Of a DNA stretch of 64,000 bases, positions 39,729-48,791 are shown piece after piece. Numbering within the stretch: position 1 is the stretch's first letter; the number at the start of each line of letters is the position of its first letter. The translations under genes and the position numbers were made by a program. Source of the stretch: an uncultured Anaerolineales bacterium (GTDB lineage: Bacteria; Chloroflexota; Anaerolineae; Anaerolineales; UBA11858); NCBI GenBank assembly GCA_964481465.1, contig CAYZTL010000001.1:16743-80742 (forward strand), given 5' to 3'. The notes under the pieces are model-generated. The model had not been told where the DNA came from. It was given only the letters and a program-made list of their open reading frames with translations, and did not search any database.

Positions 39729-39806
39729 GATTCGACCTGTTTCCACCCATTATGGTCCGATCCGGGGGATATAAAACGGATGCTAGCCCTCTCGAGAGCG
39801 GACCGG

Positions 39807-40583
39807 TTAATCCTCCACCTCGGGAAGTGGTAACTCCTCAGAGACCAGCGTCCATTCTTTGTCGTACTTGAATTGCCCAGAAAGGTCAGGATTCATGGAC
39901 TCCGTGGCGCTCATCCCCCCTTGTTGAATGTGAAATTCCCGGGTGGTAAGGGAGGGAGGGTAGAAAGGGAGATAAGGTTGGGAGATATTGGGACAGTTCA
40001 TTGCCCCATCATACCCGGCATCTGGATCAAGCACTTCACTGATCGTCAGGGTGATCACCCCATCCTGGCAGAACCCCTCTTCCAAAGAAATGACAGCGAA
40101 CCCGCTGGAGGTGATGTCACATTTCCCATCATCCGTTTGCACGAACCCGGTATTCGTGATTGGGATAATACAATCCTCCATGGACACGTTGCCTTTATGG
40201 ACTGTCAGGGAGCAGTTCGCCAGGGGCCCGGTCGATCCATCCACGCTCATTTGCTCCGCATCCCGGTTGGGACTGAAATTCCAGATGTGGTGAATGAACA
40301 TGCTGATTTCCATCGCTTCTGCGGGGCAATGGGCCCACGCCGGGGGAATCTCCCCCTCCGATGCGGACTGACCTCCCCCTGCTGGATCTGAGACCGGATC
40401 TCCTTCTTTCCCACCCGTTCCCTGGTCTTCGCTTTCCTCCCCGGGGACTGACTCAGCCCCTTCTTCCACACCCGGAGACTCCGCAAGCACGCTGCAGGCA
40501 CCGAAAATCAGGCTGAAGATCAAGAAGAGGAAAAAAGCATGAAAAAATGGCTTCCTGAGATGTAAAACTGAGTGAAACTTCAT
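39807..40583 (-). CDS. Hypothetical secreted lipoprotein
   Basis: Start MKFHSVLHL (40583) after GGGAGG. Signal peptide with lipobox IFGAC, an acidic G/E-rich linker, and a Cys-containing globular part. No recognised domain. Confidence 0.6.
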   Translation of the reverse strand: MKFHSVLHLRKPFFHAFFLFLIFSLIFGACSVLAESPGVEEGAESVPGEESEDQGTGGKEGDPVSDPAGGGQSASEGEIPPAWAHCPAEAMEISMFIHHIWNFSPNRDAEQMSVDGSTGPLANCSLTVHKGNVSMEDCIIPITNTGFVQTDDGKCDITSSGFAVISLEEGFCQDGVITLTISEVLDPDAGYDGAMNCPNISQPYLPFYPPSLTTREFHIQQGGMSATESMNPDLSGQFKYDKEWTLVSEELPLPEVED

Positions 40584-40766
40584 TGGAACCTCCCACCATC
40601 CTGTATACATTGTATGGTCTCATGGACGGATTTAATCCAGACCACCGACAGCATCCCAGATGGAACCATGCAGCCGCTGATAGGCCAGACCAAAAAGGCG
40701 GGCGCACTTTCCGTTATTTGAGACTATACAACAAATCATGGAATTTGTCAGCAGCCCAATCCCAGA

Positions 40767-41756
40767 TTATGTTTGCAGTTCCACCACATCTTCATCTTCC
40801 AGGATGTGATCCCGGCTGACCATTTGCCCTTCGAAGTCCGCACTTCTCCCCCAAATCCTGGCTGACTTCAAATTTTCCTCGAAATCCTTATGGACCTTGG
40901 ACGCAAATTCAGCCACTGTGGCCCCTTTGCTGATCACAAAGGGAGCGTTAAAATCTGGTTCTTTCCCGGGCGGCTGAGAATAGACCCGGATCACGCCCAG
41001 GCGGTCGAAAACGGCTTGTTTGAGGGTTTCCAGGTTAAACCCGGTTTGTGTGGAAATGGGGATGGTGGGACAGGAATGGTCTTTCAGCTCCTGGAAGATC
41101 TGGTAATGCTCCTCATACTCTTCCCCATCGTATTTGTTGACCAAGACCAAGCAGGGGACGTAGAGGATATATCCCTCCTCTTCGATGTCCCCCTTCATGT
41201 ATAGGGGCGCAATCCTGTTCTCCCGTAACGTTTCAAAGACATCGTTCAATTGGCCAACCGGGTCTGCCTGCAGGTCGATGAGCACCAGGATTAAGTCAGC
41301 CCGTCGAATGAGGTTCAGCAGCTCCGGATCGATGTATTCATCGCTTAAAGGAGGGGTGTCAACCAGTTGAACTTGAATGTTCTCGATGGGCATCATCCCC
41401 GGCGTCGGCCCCCACGTCGTAAAGGGTGCCGGGGAGACTTCCGGGGTGGCGTTGGTCACTGCGTTGAGCAAGGCGGATTTCCCCGCGTTTGGTGGGCCGA
41501 TCACCGGGACCTGACCGGCCCCTTCTTTATCGATATGGTAGGCAGAGACATGCCGTTTGACCCCCCTTTTCGATCGGGCAGCGTCTTTAAGCTTGGATAA
41601 TTTTTTTCTCAAATCCGCCCGTAAATGGTCCGTGCCTTTGTGTTTGGGGACAATGCTCAACATCTCTTCAAGATGGTTGACTTTTTCAGCCGGATCTGTG
41701 GCAGATCGAAACTTCTCTTCAGCTTTATAATAATCAGGGGGAAGATTTGTCGGCAT
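40767..41756 (-). CDS. DRG-like (Obg-superfamily) GTPase with C-terminal TGS domain
   Basis: G1 GPPNAGKSALL; G4 NKYD. The C-terminus VIRVYSQPPGKEPDFNAPFV...HKDFEENLKSARIWG...HILEDEDVVEL parallels eukaryotic DRG1 VRIYTKPKGQLPDY...HTLEDEDVIQI. G3 reads DTPP instead of DxPG. Confidence 0.8.
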   Translation of the reverse strand: MPTNLPPDYYKAEEKFRSATDPAEKVNHLEEMLSIVPKHKGTDHLRADLRKKLSKLKDAARSKRGVKRHVSAYHIDKEGAGQVPVIGPPNAGKSALLNAVTNATPEVSPAPFTTWGPTPGMMPIENIQVQLVDTPPLSDEYIDPELLNLIRRADLILVLIDLQADPVGQLNDVFETLRENRIAPLYMKGDIEEEGYILYVPCLVLVNKYDGEEYEEHYQIFQELKDHSCPTIPISTQTGFNLETLKQAVFDRLGVIRVYSQPPGKEPDFNAPFVISKGATVAEFASKVHKDFEENLKSARIWGRSADFEGQMVSRDHILEDEDVVELQT

Positions 41757-41896
41757 AAATATCTACATTTCTAACTCACTTGGAACCATTTTACCGCAAA
41801 GTGTAACGATTTTTCCTTTAACCTATCTTTTTTATTAGGTAGAGGAAGTATGACACAGACTACAATCATAGTACACAGGCGTGAAAGGCTTCGAAC

Positions 41897-42496
41897 ATGA
41901 AATTGATGCTGGGTACAAGCAACCCGGGAAAAATCAGGGAGTTCCAAACCTTATTAGAGGAACTCGACATCGAACTTTATATCCCCGTCGATGAGAGCAT
42001 AGAATTAGAAATCAAAGAAACCGGGGAAACATATCAAGAAAACGCGCTCATAAAAGCCAAGGCGTTTGCTAAAGCGGCGAATATGTGGGCTTTGGCTGAC
42101 GACACAGGGTTAGAGGTAGATGCTCTCCAAGGAGCGCCGGGACTGCGATCCGCGCGCTATGCTCCCTCATCCGAGGCCACCGATGCGGACCGACGCAGGC
42201 ATCTGCTGGAAAACCTCAAAGACAAACCCAAACCCTGGACCGCTCGCTTCCGCTGCGTGGTCGCGCTCGCCCATCCAGACGACATCTCTTTTACAGCGGA
42301 AGGGGTTTGTTCTGGACAAATTATTCCGGAAGAAAGAGGGGAACACGGTTTCGGCTACGACCCCATCTTTCTTGTCATGGCCAAAGGGTGGACGATGGCT
42401 GAACTGCTCTTAGAGGAAAAGAACAAAGTCAGCCACCGGGCAAAAGCGGTGCAAAACTTGATCCCGCATTTGCAGGAACTGGTCGCAGCGGAGTGA
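41897..42496 (+). CDS. rdgB: Non-canonical purine NTP pyrophosphatase (RdgB/HAM1)
   Basis: LGTSNPGKIREF, FGYDPIF, SHRAKA motifs. Confidence 0.9.
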   Translation: MKLMLGTSNPGKIREFQTLLEELDIELYIPVDESIELEIKETGETYQENALIKAKAFAKAANMWALADDTGLEVDALQGAPGLRSARYAPSSEATDADRRRHLLENLKDKPKPWTARFRCVVALAHPDDISFTAEGVCSGQIIPEERGEHGFGYDPIFLVMAKGWTMAELLLEEKNKVSHRAKAVQNLIPHLQELVAAE

Positions 42497-42615
42497 ATGA
42501 AAACGCAAGCGGGTAAATGGACATGAGGGGAGTTCATCACCTCTGGCAGCGGATGAAAAGTTTTTCAATTTAAGATATGATATAGAGGCATTATCCTTAT
42601 CCACGGCAACCAACG

Positions 42616-43992
42616 ATGAACGCAAATACCCTCGAATTCATAATCATGGTCAGCGTGACCGGTATCACAGCTCTGATTATCGGTATCGGCGTAGGGTACC
42701 TCATCTTCTCAAATGATCAAAAGGGGGAAACTGTAAAAGCCAATTCCAAACCCACACCCCCGAAGGTAAAAATGAAGTCATCGACCAACATTCGGATGCG
42801 GAAGATGTATCAGCTGATCACGGATTTGACAACCACTCTTAATTATGAACGTGTCCTGGAAAAAAGCCTCGATGCCTCCTTTATCGCCTTAAACCTCGCT
42901 GATCATTCTACAGATCGGCTGGTAAGCGCCGTGCTGCTCTTCTCAGAAAACGACATGATGGAACCGCCTGAGCTGTATGTCGCCTACGGTCGCGGATTGC
43001 CTCGAACGGATTTGCAGAGAAAGACGCCGGGGATGGAAGGGGTGTTAGAAGCCGCCATCGAAAGCGGGGAATCCCAACTCACCAAAGAAGCGCCCAAAGA
43101 CCCCGAACTGAGAGATTTTTTAGCCTTTCGAGCCTGTGAATCAGCCTTCGGCATACCGCTGCGGGCGGGTTTGGATACCTTCGGTGTCCTGCTTTTTGGA
43201 CACCCGGACACTGAGTATTTCAACAAGGATTGCCAGGAGATCCTGAGCACGGTGGGCCACCAAGCTCAAATCGCCCTCCAAAACGCCCAACTTTTCCAGG
43301 AGCTGAAATCAGAAAAAGATCAGATCATCAAGGTCCAAGAAGAGGCCCGCCGCCGTCTGGCCCGGGCCCTGCATGATGGTCCCACGCAGACCGTAGCGGC
43401 CATCCCCATGCAGATCAGTCGAGCCCGGCATCTGCTTAACCGCGATGTGGATGCTGCTGCAGAAGCCCTCTACCAAACCGAAGACTTAGCGCGGCGGACC
43501 TCCAAACAAATCCGGCACATGCTCTTCACCCTCCGGCCCTTAATTCTGGAGTCAGAGGGATTGACCGCTGCCTTGGAATCCATGGCGGAGAAGACTCGGG
43601 AAACGTTCGGGCAGAACGTAAGTATCAAAACCGATCCTTCGTTGATGGACGAGCTGGACATGAACGCCAAAACGGTGATTTTCACGATCACCGAGGAGGC
43701 GGTCAACAACGCCAGAAAACACGCTAATGCGGATCATATCTGGATTCGACTCCAGCGTTTGCAGGAAGACCTGGCGCTGTTGGAAATCGAGGACGACGGC
43801 AAAGGGTTTGATGTCGAAGAGGTCACCGGGAGTTATGAGGACCGGGACAGTTTGGGAATGGCCAACATGCGCGAGCGTGCCGAATTGGTGGAAGGCGTCT
43901 TCCATATAAAATCTAGAATCGGGGAAGGGACGACCATCCAGGTGGTCCTCCCTTTGACCGATGACGCTGCGGATCGCCTGCGTTTGATCTGA
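42616..43992 (+). CDS. Sensor histidine kinase (TM + GAF + HisKA_3 + HATPase_c)
   Basis: N-terminal TM helix; GAF-like middle; H-box LARALHDGPTQTVAA; N/G boxes EAVNNARKH and DDGKGF. No cognate response regulator is adjacent. Confidence 0.85.
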   Translation: MNANTLEFIIMVSVTGITALIIGIGVGYLIFSNDQKGETVKANSKPTPPKVKMKSSTNIRMRKMYQLITDLTTTLNYERVLEKSLDASFIALNLADHSTDRLVSAVLLFSENDMMEPPELYVAYGRGLPRTDLQRKTPGMEGVLEAAIESGESQLTKEAPKDPELRDFLAFRACESAFGIPLRAGLDTFGVLLFGHPDTEYFNKDCQEILSTVGHQAQIALQNAQLFQELKSEKDQIIKVQEEARRRLARALHDGPTQTVAAIPMQISRARHLLNRDVDAAAEALYQTEDLARRTSKQIRHMLFTLRPLILESEGLTAALESMAEKTRETFGQNVSIKTDPSLMDELDMNAKTVIFTITEEAVNNARKHANADHIWIRLQRLQEDLALLEIEDDGKGFDVEEVTGSYEDRDSLGMANMRERAELVEGVFHIKSRIGEGTTIQVVLPLTDDAADRLRLI

Positions 43993-44029
43993 GCCCAAGT
44001 TTTTTTCTCTCAACATACATTCCAAAAGC

Positions 44030-44800
44030 ATGCCTTATCAAAACGGAACCTATTATTACGCCTATCACCCCCAGGACAAGGACAGGGTACCCCTGGTCTT
44101 GATCCACGGCGCGGGGGGTGATTACCTGCACTGGCCGGTCCAGATCCGCCGTCTGTCCGGATTCAGAGTCTACGCATTGGATTTGCCCGGGCATGGGAAA
44201 TCAGAGGGACACGGCTTACAGCGTATCGAGGACTACACTGAAGCCCTTATCACCTTGATGAATGAGATGGAAATCCCCAAAGCGATTTTAATCGGCCATT
44301 CCATGGGAAGCGCCATCGCCCTCTGGCTGGCTATCCATCACCCCCGGCGGGCCTGGGGTTTGGGCCTGATTGGGGCTGGGTCCAGGCTGCCCGTCAATCC
44401 TACTTTACTGGAAGAGTCAGGATATACCTCCACATTTCCTGCTGCCGTAAACAAGATCATAAAATGGTCCTTCAGTCCCCACACGGACCGGAAGCTGATC
44501 GAGACGGCGAACGAGAGGATGCTGCAAACGCGTCCCTCCGTCCTCCACGGGGATTTTCTGGCTTGTGAAAAATTTAATGTCGAAGACCAAATCACGCAAA
44601 TCAGCGCCCCTACCAAGATTCTCTGCGGGGGAGATGACAAAATGGTCCCCTACCGGTTATCCAAACAGTTGGCGGAGGGAATCCCGGGCGCTGATTTGGA
44701 GGTGATCCCAGAGGCCGGGCACATGCTGATGATCGAGAAGCCGGAGGAGCTGGTATCCAGGCTGCGGCCTTTTCTTGAAGAACTCTCCGTGGGGTGGTGA
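44030..44800 (+). CDS. Alpha/beta-fold hydrolase
   Basis: HGAGG oxyanion region, GHSMGS nucleophile elbow, C-terminal GH. 256 aa. Confidence 0.8.
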   Translation: MPYQNGTYYYAYHPQDKDRVPLVLIHGAGGDYLHWPVQIRRLSGFRVYALDLPGHGKSEGHGLQRIEDYTEALITLMNEMEIPKAILIGHSMGSAIALWLAIHHPRRAWGLGLIGAGSRLPVNPTLLEESGYTSTFPAAVNKIIKWSFSPHTDRKLIETANERMLQTRPSVLHGDFLACEKFNVEDQITQISAPTKILCGGDDKMVPYRLSKQLAEGIPGADLEVIPEAGHMLMIEKPEELVSRLRPFLEELSVGW

Positions 44801-44815
44801 GGGGTTATAGGAGTA

Positions 44816-44844
44816 TTGCATATTCAAGGGGGACTGGGTATAAT
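44816..44844 (+). promoter_or_regulatory. Sigma-70 promoter for tRNA-Val
   Basis: TTGCAT (44816-44821), 17 nt, TATAAT (44839-44844). The tRNA starts 11 nt downstream. Confidence 0.65.
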
Positions 44845-44854
44845 GTTCCCACAT

Positions 44855-44928
44855 GGGCGGTTAGCTCAGCTGGTAAGAGCGCTGCGTTGACATCGCAGAG
44901 GTCGTTGGTTCGAGTCCAATACCGCCCA
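44855..44928 (+). tRNA. tRNA-Val (anticodon GAC)
   Basis: Hand-folded cloverleaf: acceptor GGGCGGT/ACCGCCC, D stem GCTC/GAGC, anticodon stem CTGCG/CGCAG with loop TTGACAT, T arm GTTGG-TTCGAGT-CCAAT. 74 nt, with no encoded CCA. Confidence 0.95.
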
Positions 44929-44959
44929 CTGTGTCGTAAACCTTCGGTTTACTTTCGAG

Positions 44960-44989
44960 AGAATGGGACAAACACCCATTCTTTTTTTT
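44960..44989 (+). terminator. Rho-independent terminator after tRNA-Val
   Basis: AGAATGGG/CCCATTCT stem, 7-nt loop, T8 run. Confidence 0.75.
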
Positions 44990-45262
44990 CTGTCATAAAA
45001 CTGCGAAATTCTTCTAGGTAAGCTCTGCTGACACAAGAACGGAAAACCACCATTCTCTTTTCCATTTTGTAAACCTATGACTTGCTTCTAAGTCCACATA
45101 ACCTGAACAAAGAATGGGAAGAGCGCCCATGCTTTAATTTCATTTCGAAACCCTTCAGGTAGCTCATAGGTCAGCTTAATTGACACGAAAACGAAGCCAA
45201 ACCGCTCAACGGATATGTTGAACGGTTTTCTTGATACACATTACTGGTCAGAACAAGAAGCT

Positions 45263-45685
45263 TTATTTCGCTTTCCAGACCTCAAGCATCCACAGGTGGG
45301 CTTCCAGCCCATCCTTGACGTCATCCAAAAGGTTGGTCGTGGTCCGTTCTTCCGCGCTCTCTGTTTTTTCGATGACAGCCTGGAGGGATCCGACCAACGT
45401 CTCCATATCTTCAATCGTGCGCGTGACCATCTCCACAGGCGCGGGCATAGCGGGGTCCTCTTGGAGGGAAGTCGTCTCCAGCATATCCGCTAAGGTGTGG
45501 AGCAGAACCCCGTCAATGCCAACCACGCGTTCGGCCAATTCATCGACGACATCCCCAACCTCAACATAAATCTCCTCGAATTTTTCGTGGAGCTTGAAAA
45601 ATTGGGGGCCTTTCACGTTCCAATGGTAGTGGCAAAGCTTCTGCTAGAAGACAGTAAAATCATCCGATTCAAATGAGTGTTTCAT
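45263..45685 (-). pseudogene. dps: Dps-family ferritin-like protein interrupted by an in-frame TAG at codon 14
   Basis: [39 protein letters not shown]... carries the Dps HWNVxGxxFxxLHxxFEE signature. The ATG (45685) overlaps the glk stop as ATGA. The TAG is at 45646-45644. Confidence 0.7.
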
Positions 45686-46680
45686 TGGGTTTTATGGAGT
45701 AATCCCAATCCATGGCAAGCAGCGCCGAGAAGGGCGACTTTGGGATTAAGGATGACATGGACCGGGATCTTAGAAAGCAGGTCGGAAAACCGCCCCTTGT
45801 TTATGAAAGACTCCAGGAACTGCTCCCCTTTCAAAAGGGGAAGGATGCGCGGGGGAATGCCGCCCCCCAAGTAGACCCCGCCGGTGGCCAACACTTTCAA
45901 GGCCAGGTTCCCCGCTTCTGCGCCCAGGATAGAAATGAAGATGTCCAACGTTATCGCGCAAATCTCACAGGTACGCTCTTCCGCCAAAGCGACATTGGCG
46001 ATCACCGGGGTCGGGTCATCCGCCGCAGCCAGTTCCCGGGACAGCCATTCGGGCTCCACCGCGTGACCGTTATCTTTTACAAATTCGTAGATATTGGGAA
46101 TGCCGATTCCGGAACAGACACGCTCATAGCTGACACGATCAAACTTCTCCTGTAAGTAGCGGAGCATGTCCAGCTGCATTGGAGTGGCGGGTCCGAAATC
46201 AACGTGCCCACCCTCTGAGGGGTAAGCTCGATAGCGGGAGCCGTTCCATGTTAAAAATGTTTCCCCCAGACCGGTCCCAGGGGCGATCACGGCCTTGTTC
46301 CCCTCCCGGACCTGTTTTCCCTCGTTAAGGGTATAGAGATCTTCCGACCCTAAAAAGGGCACAGCATGGGCAATCGCTTCCAGATCGTTGAGGAGCCTAA
46401 CCGGGCGAATGTCTAGTTGATCTTCCAGCGTTCGGGCATCGATCACCCAGGGCAGGTTTGTGACTTCAACATGGCGATCCACGACCGGACCGGCCACCCC
46501 AAAACTGGCGCTCTCCAATGGATGATCAACCTCAGAGAGAAATTTGCGGACCAGGTCTCCCAGGTTGGCGTAGTCTCTGCTGGGAAAGGTAGCTTCTACC
46601 ACGGGATCCCGCGGTCCCTTCTCCACCGAAAAAAGGGCCAAATTCGTTTTCGTCCCCCCCACATCGCCCGCCAGTAACAT
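45682..46680 (-). CDS. glk: Glucokinase
   Basis: MLLAGDVGGTKTNLALF N-terminus and Glk-family length and layout (332 aa). Confidence 0.88.
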   Translation of the reverse strand: MLLAGDVGGTKTNLALFSVEKGPRDPVVEATFPSRDYANLGDLVRKFLSEVDHPLESASFGVAGPVVDRHVEVTNLPWVIDARTLEDQLDIRPVRLLNDLEAIAHAVPFLGSEDLYTLNEGKQVREGNKAVIAPGTGLGETFLTWNGSRYRAYPSEGGHVDFGPATPMQLDMLRYLQEKFDRVSYERVCSGIGIPNIYEFVKDNGHAVEPEWLSRELAAADDPTPVIANVALAEERTCEICAITLDIFISILGAEAGNLALKVLATGGVYLGGGIPPRILPLLKGEQFLESFINKGRFSDLLSKIPVHVILNPKVALLGAACHGLGLLHKTQ

Positions 46681-46717
46681 ATCACACCTTCAACCTTTTT
46701 TATATACACTCGACAGG

Positions 46718-47116
46718 ATGATGAGTTTGATTATATCAAGAGAGAGGATTTTAATTACCAACTCATCCAAGGTTCAACGGATTAAAAGGGCTGTGTTTTA
46801 CCTTGACCAACGTGTGCCGCCCCAGATTGGCGTGCGAGGTCTCGTGATCTACACCGCCGCGCCAGGATACCTCAGCAGGTGGTGGGTGATGAACATCAAT
46901 GCATTGGCCCCTTTCACAGTGATTTCCCTCCTTGGTTTGCTGTTGATCACCATCCTGCCCACCAGCGCTTTAGCCTGGATACTCATCCCCACTGTAATTA
47001 ACGCTGCAGCAGCAGGGGAGGACTTTTCGATCCTGTATTGGATGGGGAAACAGCCTTCCGATGCCGTTTACGAAGATAACGGTGATATGCTGATAGACTA
47101 CCAACCCATCACCTAA
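46718..47116 (+). CDS. DUF3267-like membrane protein, probably N-terminally decayed
   Basis: The C-terminal part LAPFTVISLLGLLL...GEDFSILYWMGKQPSDAVYEDNGDMLIDY matches my recollection of DUF3267. The expected HExxH region is absent in frame; a YQLIQG relic appears in another frame near 46760. Confidence 0.45.
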   Translation: MMSLIISRERILITNSSKVQRIKRAVFYLDQRVPPQIGVRGLVIYTAAPGYLSRWWVMNINALAPFTVISLLGLLLITILPTSALAWILIPTVINAAAAGEDFSILYWMGKQPSDAVYEDNGDMLIDYQPIT

Positions 47117-47148
47117 TCCCTCCCTTGAAAATCAAGCCTCGGATACGT

Positions 47149-47634
47149 TTATCCCCCCGACTCCGGATCCAACCGATTTCCCCGCGCGGTCCCGCCTATG
47201 GTTAAGGCGGCGCCAATGATGACCAGATTCTTGATGATGTACTGCCCTTCCAACGTCAACCTGAAGGGGAATTGGGTCCATACCGCACTGGGCAAGAGCA
47301 CCAGAGGTAAAAACGTGCCCGGCATTTGCAGGAAGAGCAAGATAATAGTCAGACGCGCGAATCGGCCGGAGAGCATCCCCAGGCCAATCAACACTTCCCA
47401 AGTCGCAAGCAGGGGGAGGAAGATATCCGGATTGATGAAAGTGATCGTCTTTCGCACCAGCTCCTCGGCAGGGCTCAGGCTCGGAAAAACCTTCAAAGCC
47501 CCAAACCAGACGAAGACGATCCCAATCGCGATCCGCGAGAAAGGGACCCCGATCCGGGCCATCACCTTGGTGATAAAGCGGTCCACACGGTCCAGCCGGG
47601 GGAATTTATTTAATATAGAAGGCATAGCAACCAC
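47149..47634 (-). CDS. DUF417/DoxX-like membrane protein
   Basis: [18 protein letters not shown] and [17 protein letters not shown] resemble YkgB/DUF417. Four TM segments. Confidence 0.65.
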   Translation of the reverse strand: MVAMPSILNKFPRLDRVDRFITKVMARIGVPFSRIAIGIVFVWFGALKVFPSLSPAEELVRKTITFINPDIFLPLLATWEVLIGLGMLSGRFARLTIILLFLQMPGTFLPLVLLPSAVWTQFPFRLTLEGQYIIKNLVIIGAALTIGGTARGNRLDPESGG

Positions 47635-47725
47635 CTTTTATTGAAATAATAAGTCATCACAAAAAACAGCTAAAAACAATATGGAGATCCTCGGTACATG
47701 ACCATGAACCAAGGGGATATCCAAA

Positions 47726-47959
47726 GTGGAAGTCAGCACAGATGGTGGACCCTGGACAGAGGCCCAACTCCGAGCCCCTCTCTCGAAAACCACCTGGGTG
47801 ATTTGGCGCTACCATTGGCCTTATCAGGAAGGAAACCGTACCTTCCGGGTCAGGTGCTATGACGGGAAGGGGGTTTTGCAGGTCACGGAAGACTCATCTC
47901 CTCGCCCGGATGGGGCAACGGGGGTGCACAGCGTTGATCAAAACATCCAGGAAACTTGA
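47726..47959 (+). pseudogene. C-terminal fragment of a sulfite-oxidase-family molybdoenzyme (dimerisation/Ig-like domain)
   Basis: VEVSTDGGPWTEAQL...WVIWRYHWPYQEGNRTFRVRCYDGKG is the typical C-terminal domain. The catalytic Mo-domain upstream is missing. Confidence 0.55.
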
Positions 47960-48157
47960 CCCCGCACTCTACCGGTTGATCCCAGAATTAAGCGCCATTA
48001 CCGCATAGGAAGGCCAATACGCTTTTTATCAGGGGGATATCCACGCAGCAACCCCCTCAGCGGGGACTGAGGAAGTTGTCAGGCAAGAACCACAGCCCAC
48101 CGCAACTCCCTGCCCGAGCCCACTGAAGAGCCGACCCCCGAACCGACACCTGAACCG

Positions 48158-48556
48158 ATGGACATCGTGGACACCGCAGTTCTCGACGGCCGATTTAAGA
48201 CCCTGGTCGCCGCGGTGGAAGCCGCCGGACTGGTGGACGCCTTCAAAGCGGAAGGCCCGCTGACTGTCTTTGCCCCCACGGATGACGCCTTTGCTGCGCT
48301 CCCCCAAGGGGAGCTGGACGAGCTTCTGAACGACATCCCCGCTCTGACCGACATCCTCCTCTACCATGTGGTGTAAGGCAAGGTCATGGCCGAAGATATC
48401 GTCGAGCTCAATGAAACTGAAACCCTGCGTGATGAAAACGTCAGCATCTCCGTCATGGACAGGAATGTGAAGATCAACGACGCTGAGATGATCATCACCG
48501 ATATCGAAACCGCCAACGGCGTGATCCACGTCATTGACGCAGTCTTAATTCCATAA
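48158..48556 (+). pseudogene. Fasciclin (FAS1) domain protein with in-frame TAA and disrupted N-terminus
   Basis: [37 protein letters not shown]...LLYHVV*GKVMAEDI...ANGVIHVIDAVLIP. TAA at 48374-48376 falls inside the conserved YHVVxGK motif. The upstream P/E/T linker is split between two frames, and no signal peptide is in frame. Confidence 0.75.
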
Positions 48557-48587
48557 AACACTTCTCTCCTCCTATAGTACGGAAAAA

Positions 48588-48611
48588 GTGGAGCGTTCTG
48601 CTCCACTTTTT
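48588..48611 (+). terminator. Rho-independent terminator after the FAS1 gene
   Basis: GTGGAGC/GCTCCAC stem, 5-nt loop, TTTTT. Confidence 0.7.
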
Positions 48612-48791
48612 CTGTTTAAGGCATAATCAGGAGGTCTTTTCCTTAACCCAAGATGAAAAACGATAAAAACCCTTTTACATTCTATTTACATAATATTAAG
48701 AATCATCCCTTACACTGTGTATGAAGATCAACGGATAAACCCATAAAAAAAATCCAACTGCCATCCAGCAGGAACAGGCGACAAAGGTTAT

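Noticed and set aside
44855-45262. tRNA-Val as an integration site for a genomic island or prophage
   Set aside because: No integrase, no repeat of the tRNA 3-prime end, and no phage-like genes downstream. The ~330-bp AT-rich gap holds only terminators before dps and glk.
45644-48376. Stop-codon reassignment or programmed read-through as the explanation for the in-frame TAG (dps) and TAA (FAS1)
   Set aside because: Both codons also terminate conserved genes at the expected length in this window. TAA ends infC at 56018-56020 and TAG ends AGAT copy 1 at 13523-13525. Two different stop codons are involved, and neighbouring genes show frameshift decay. Ordinary nonsense mutations or base errors are the simpler explanation.
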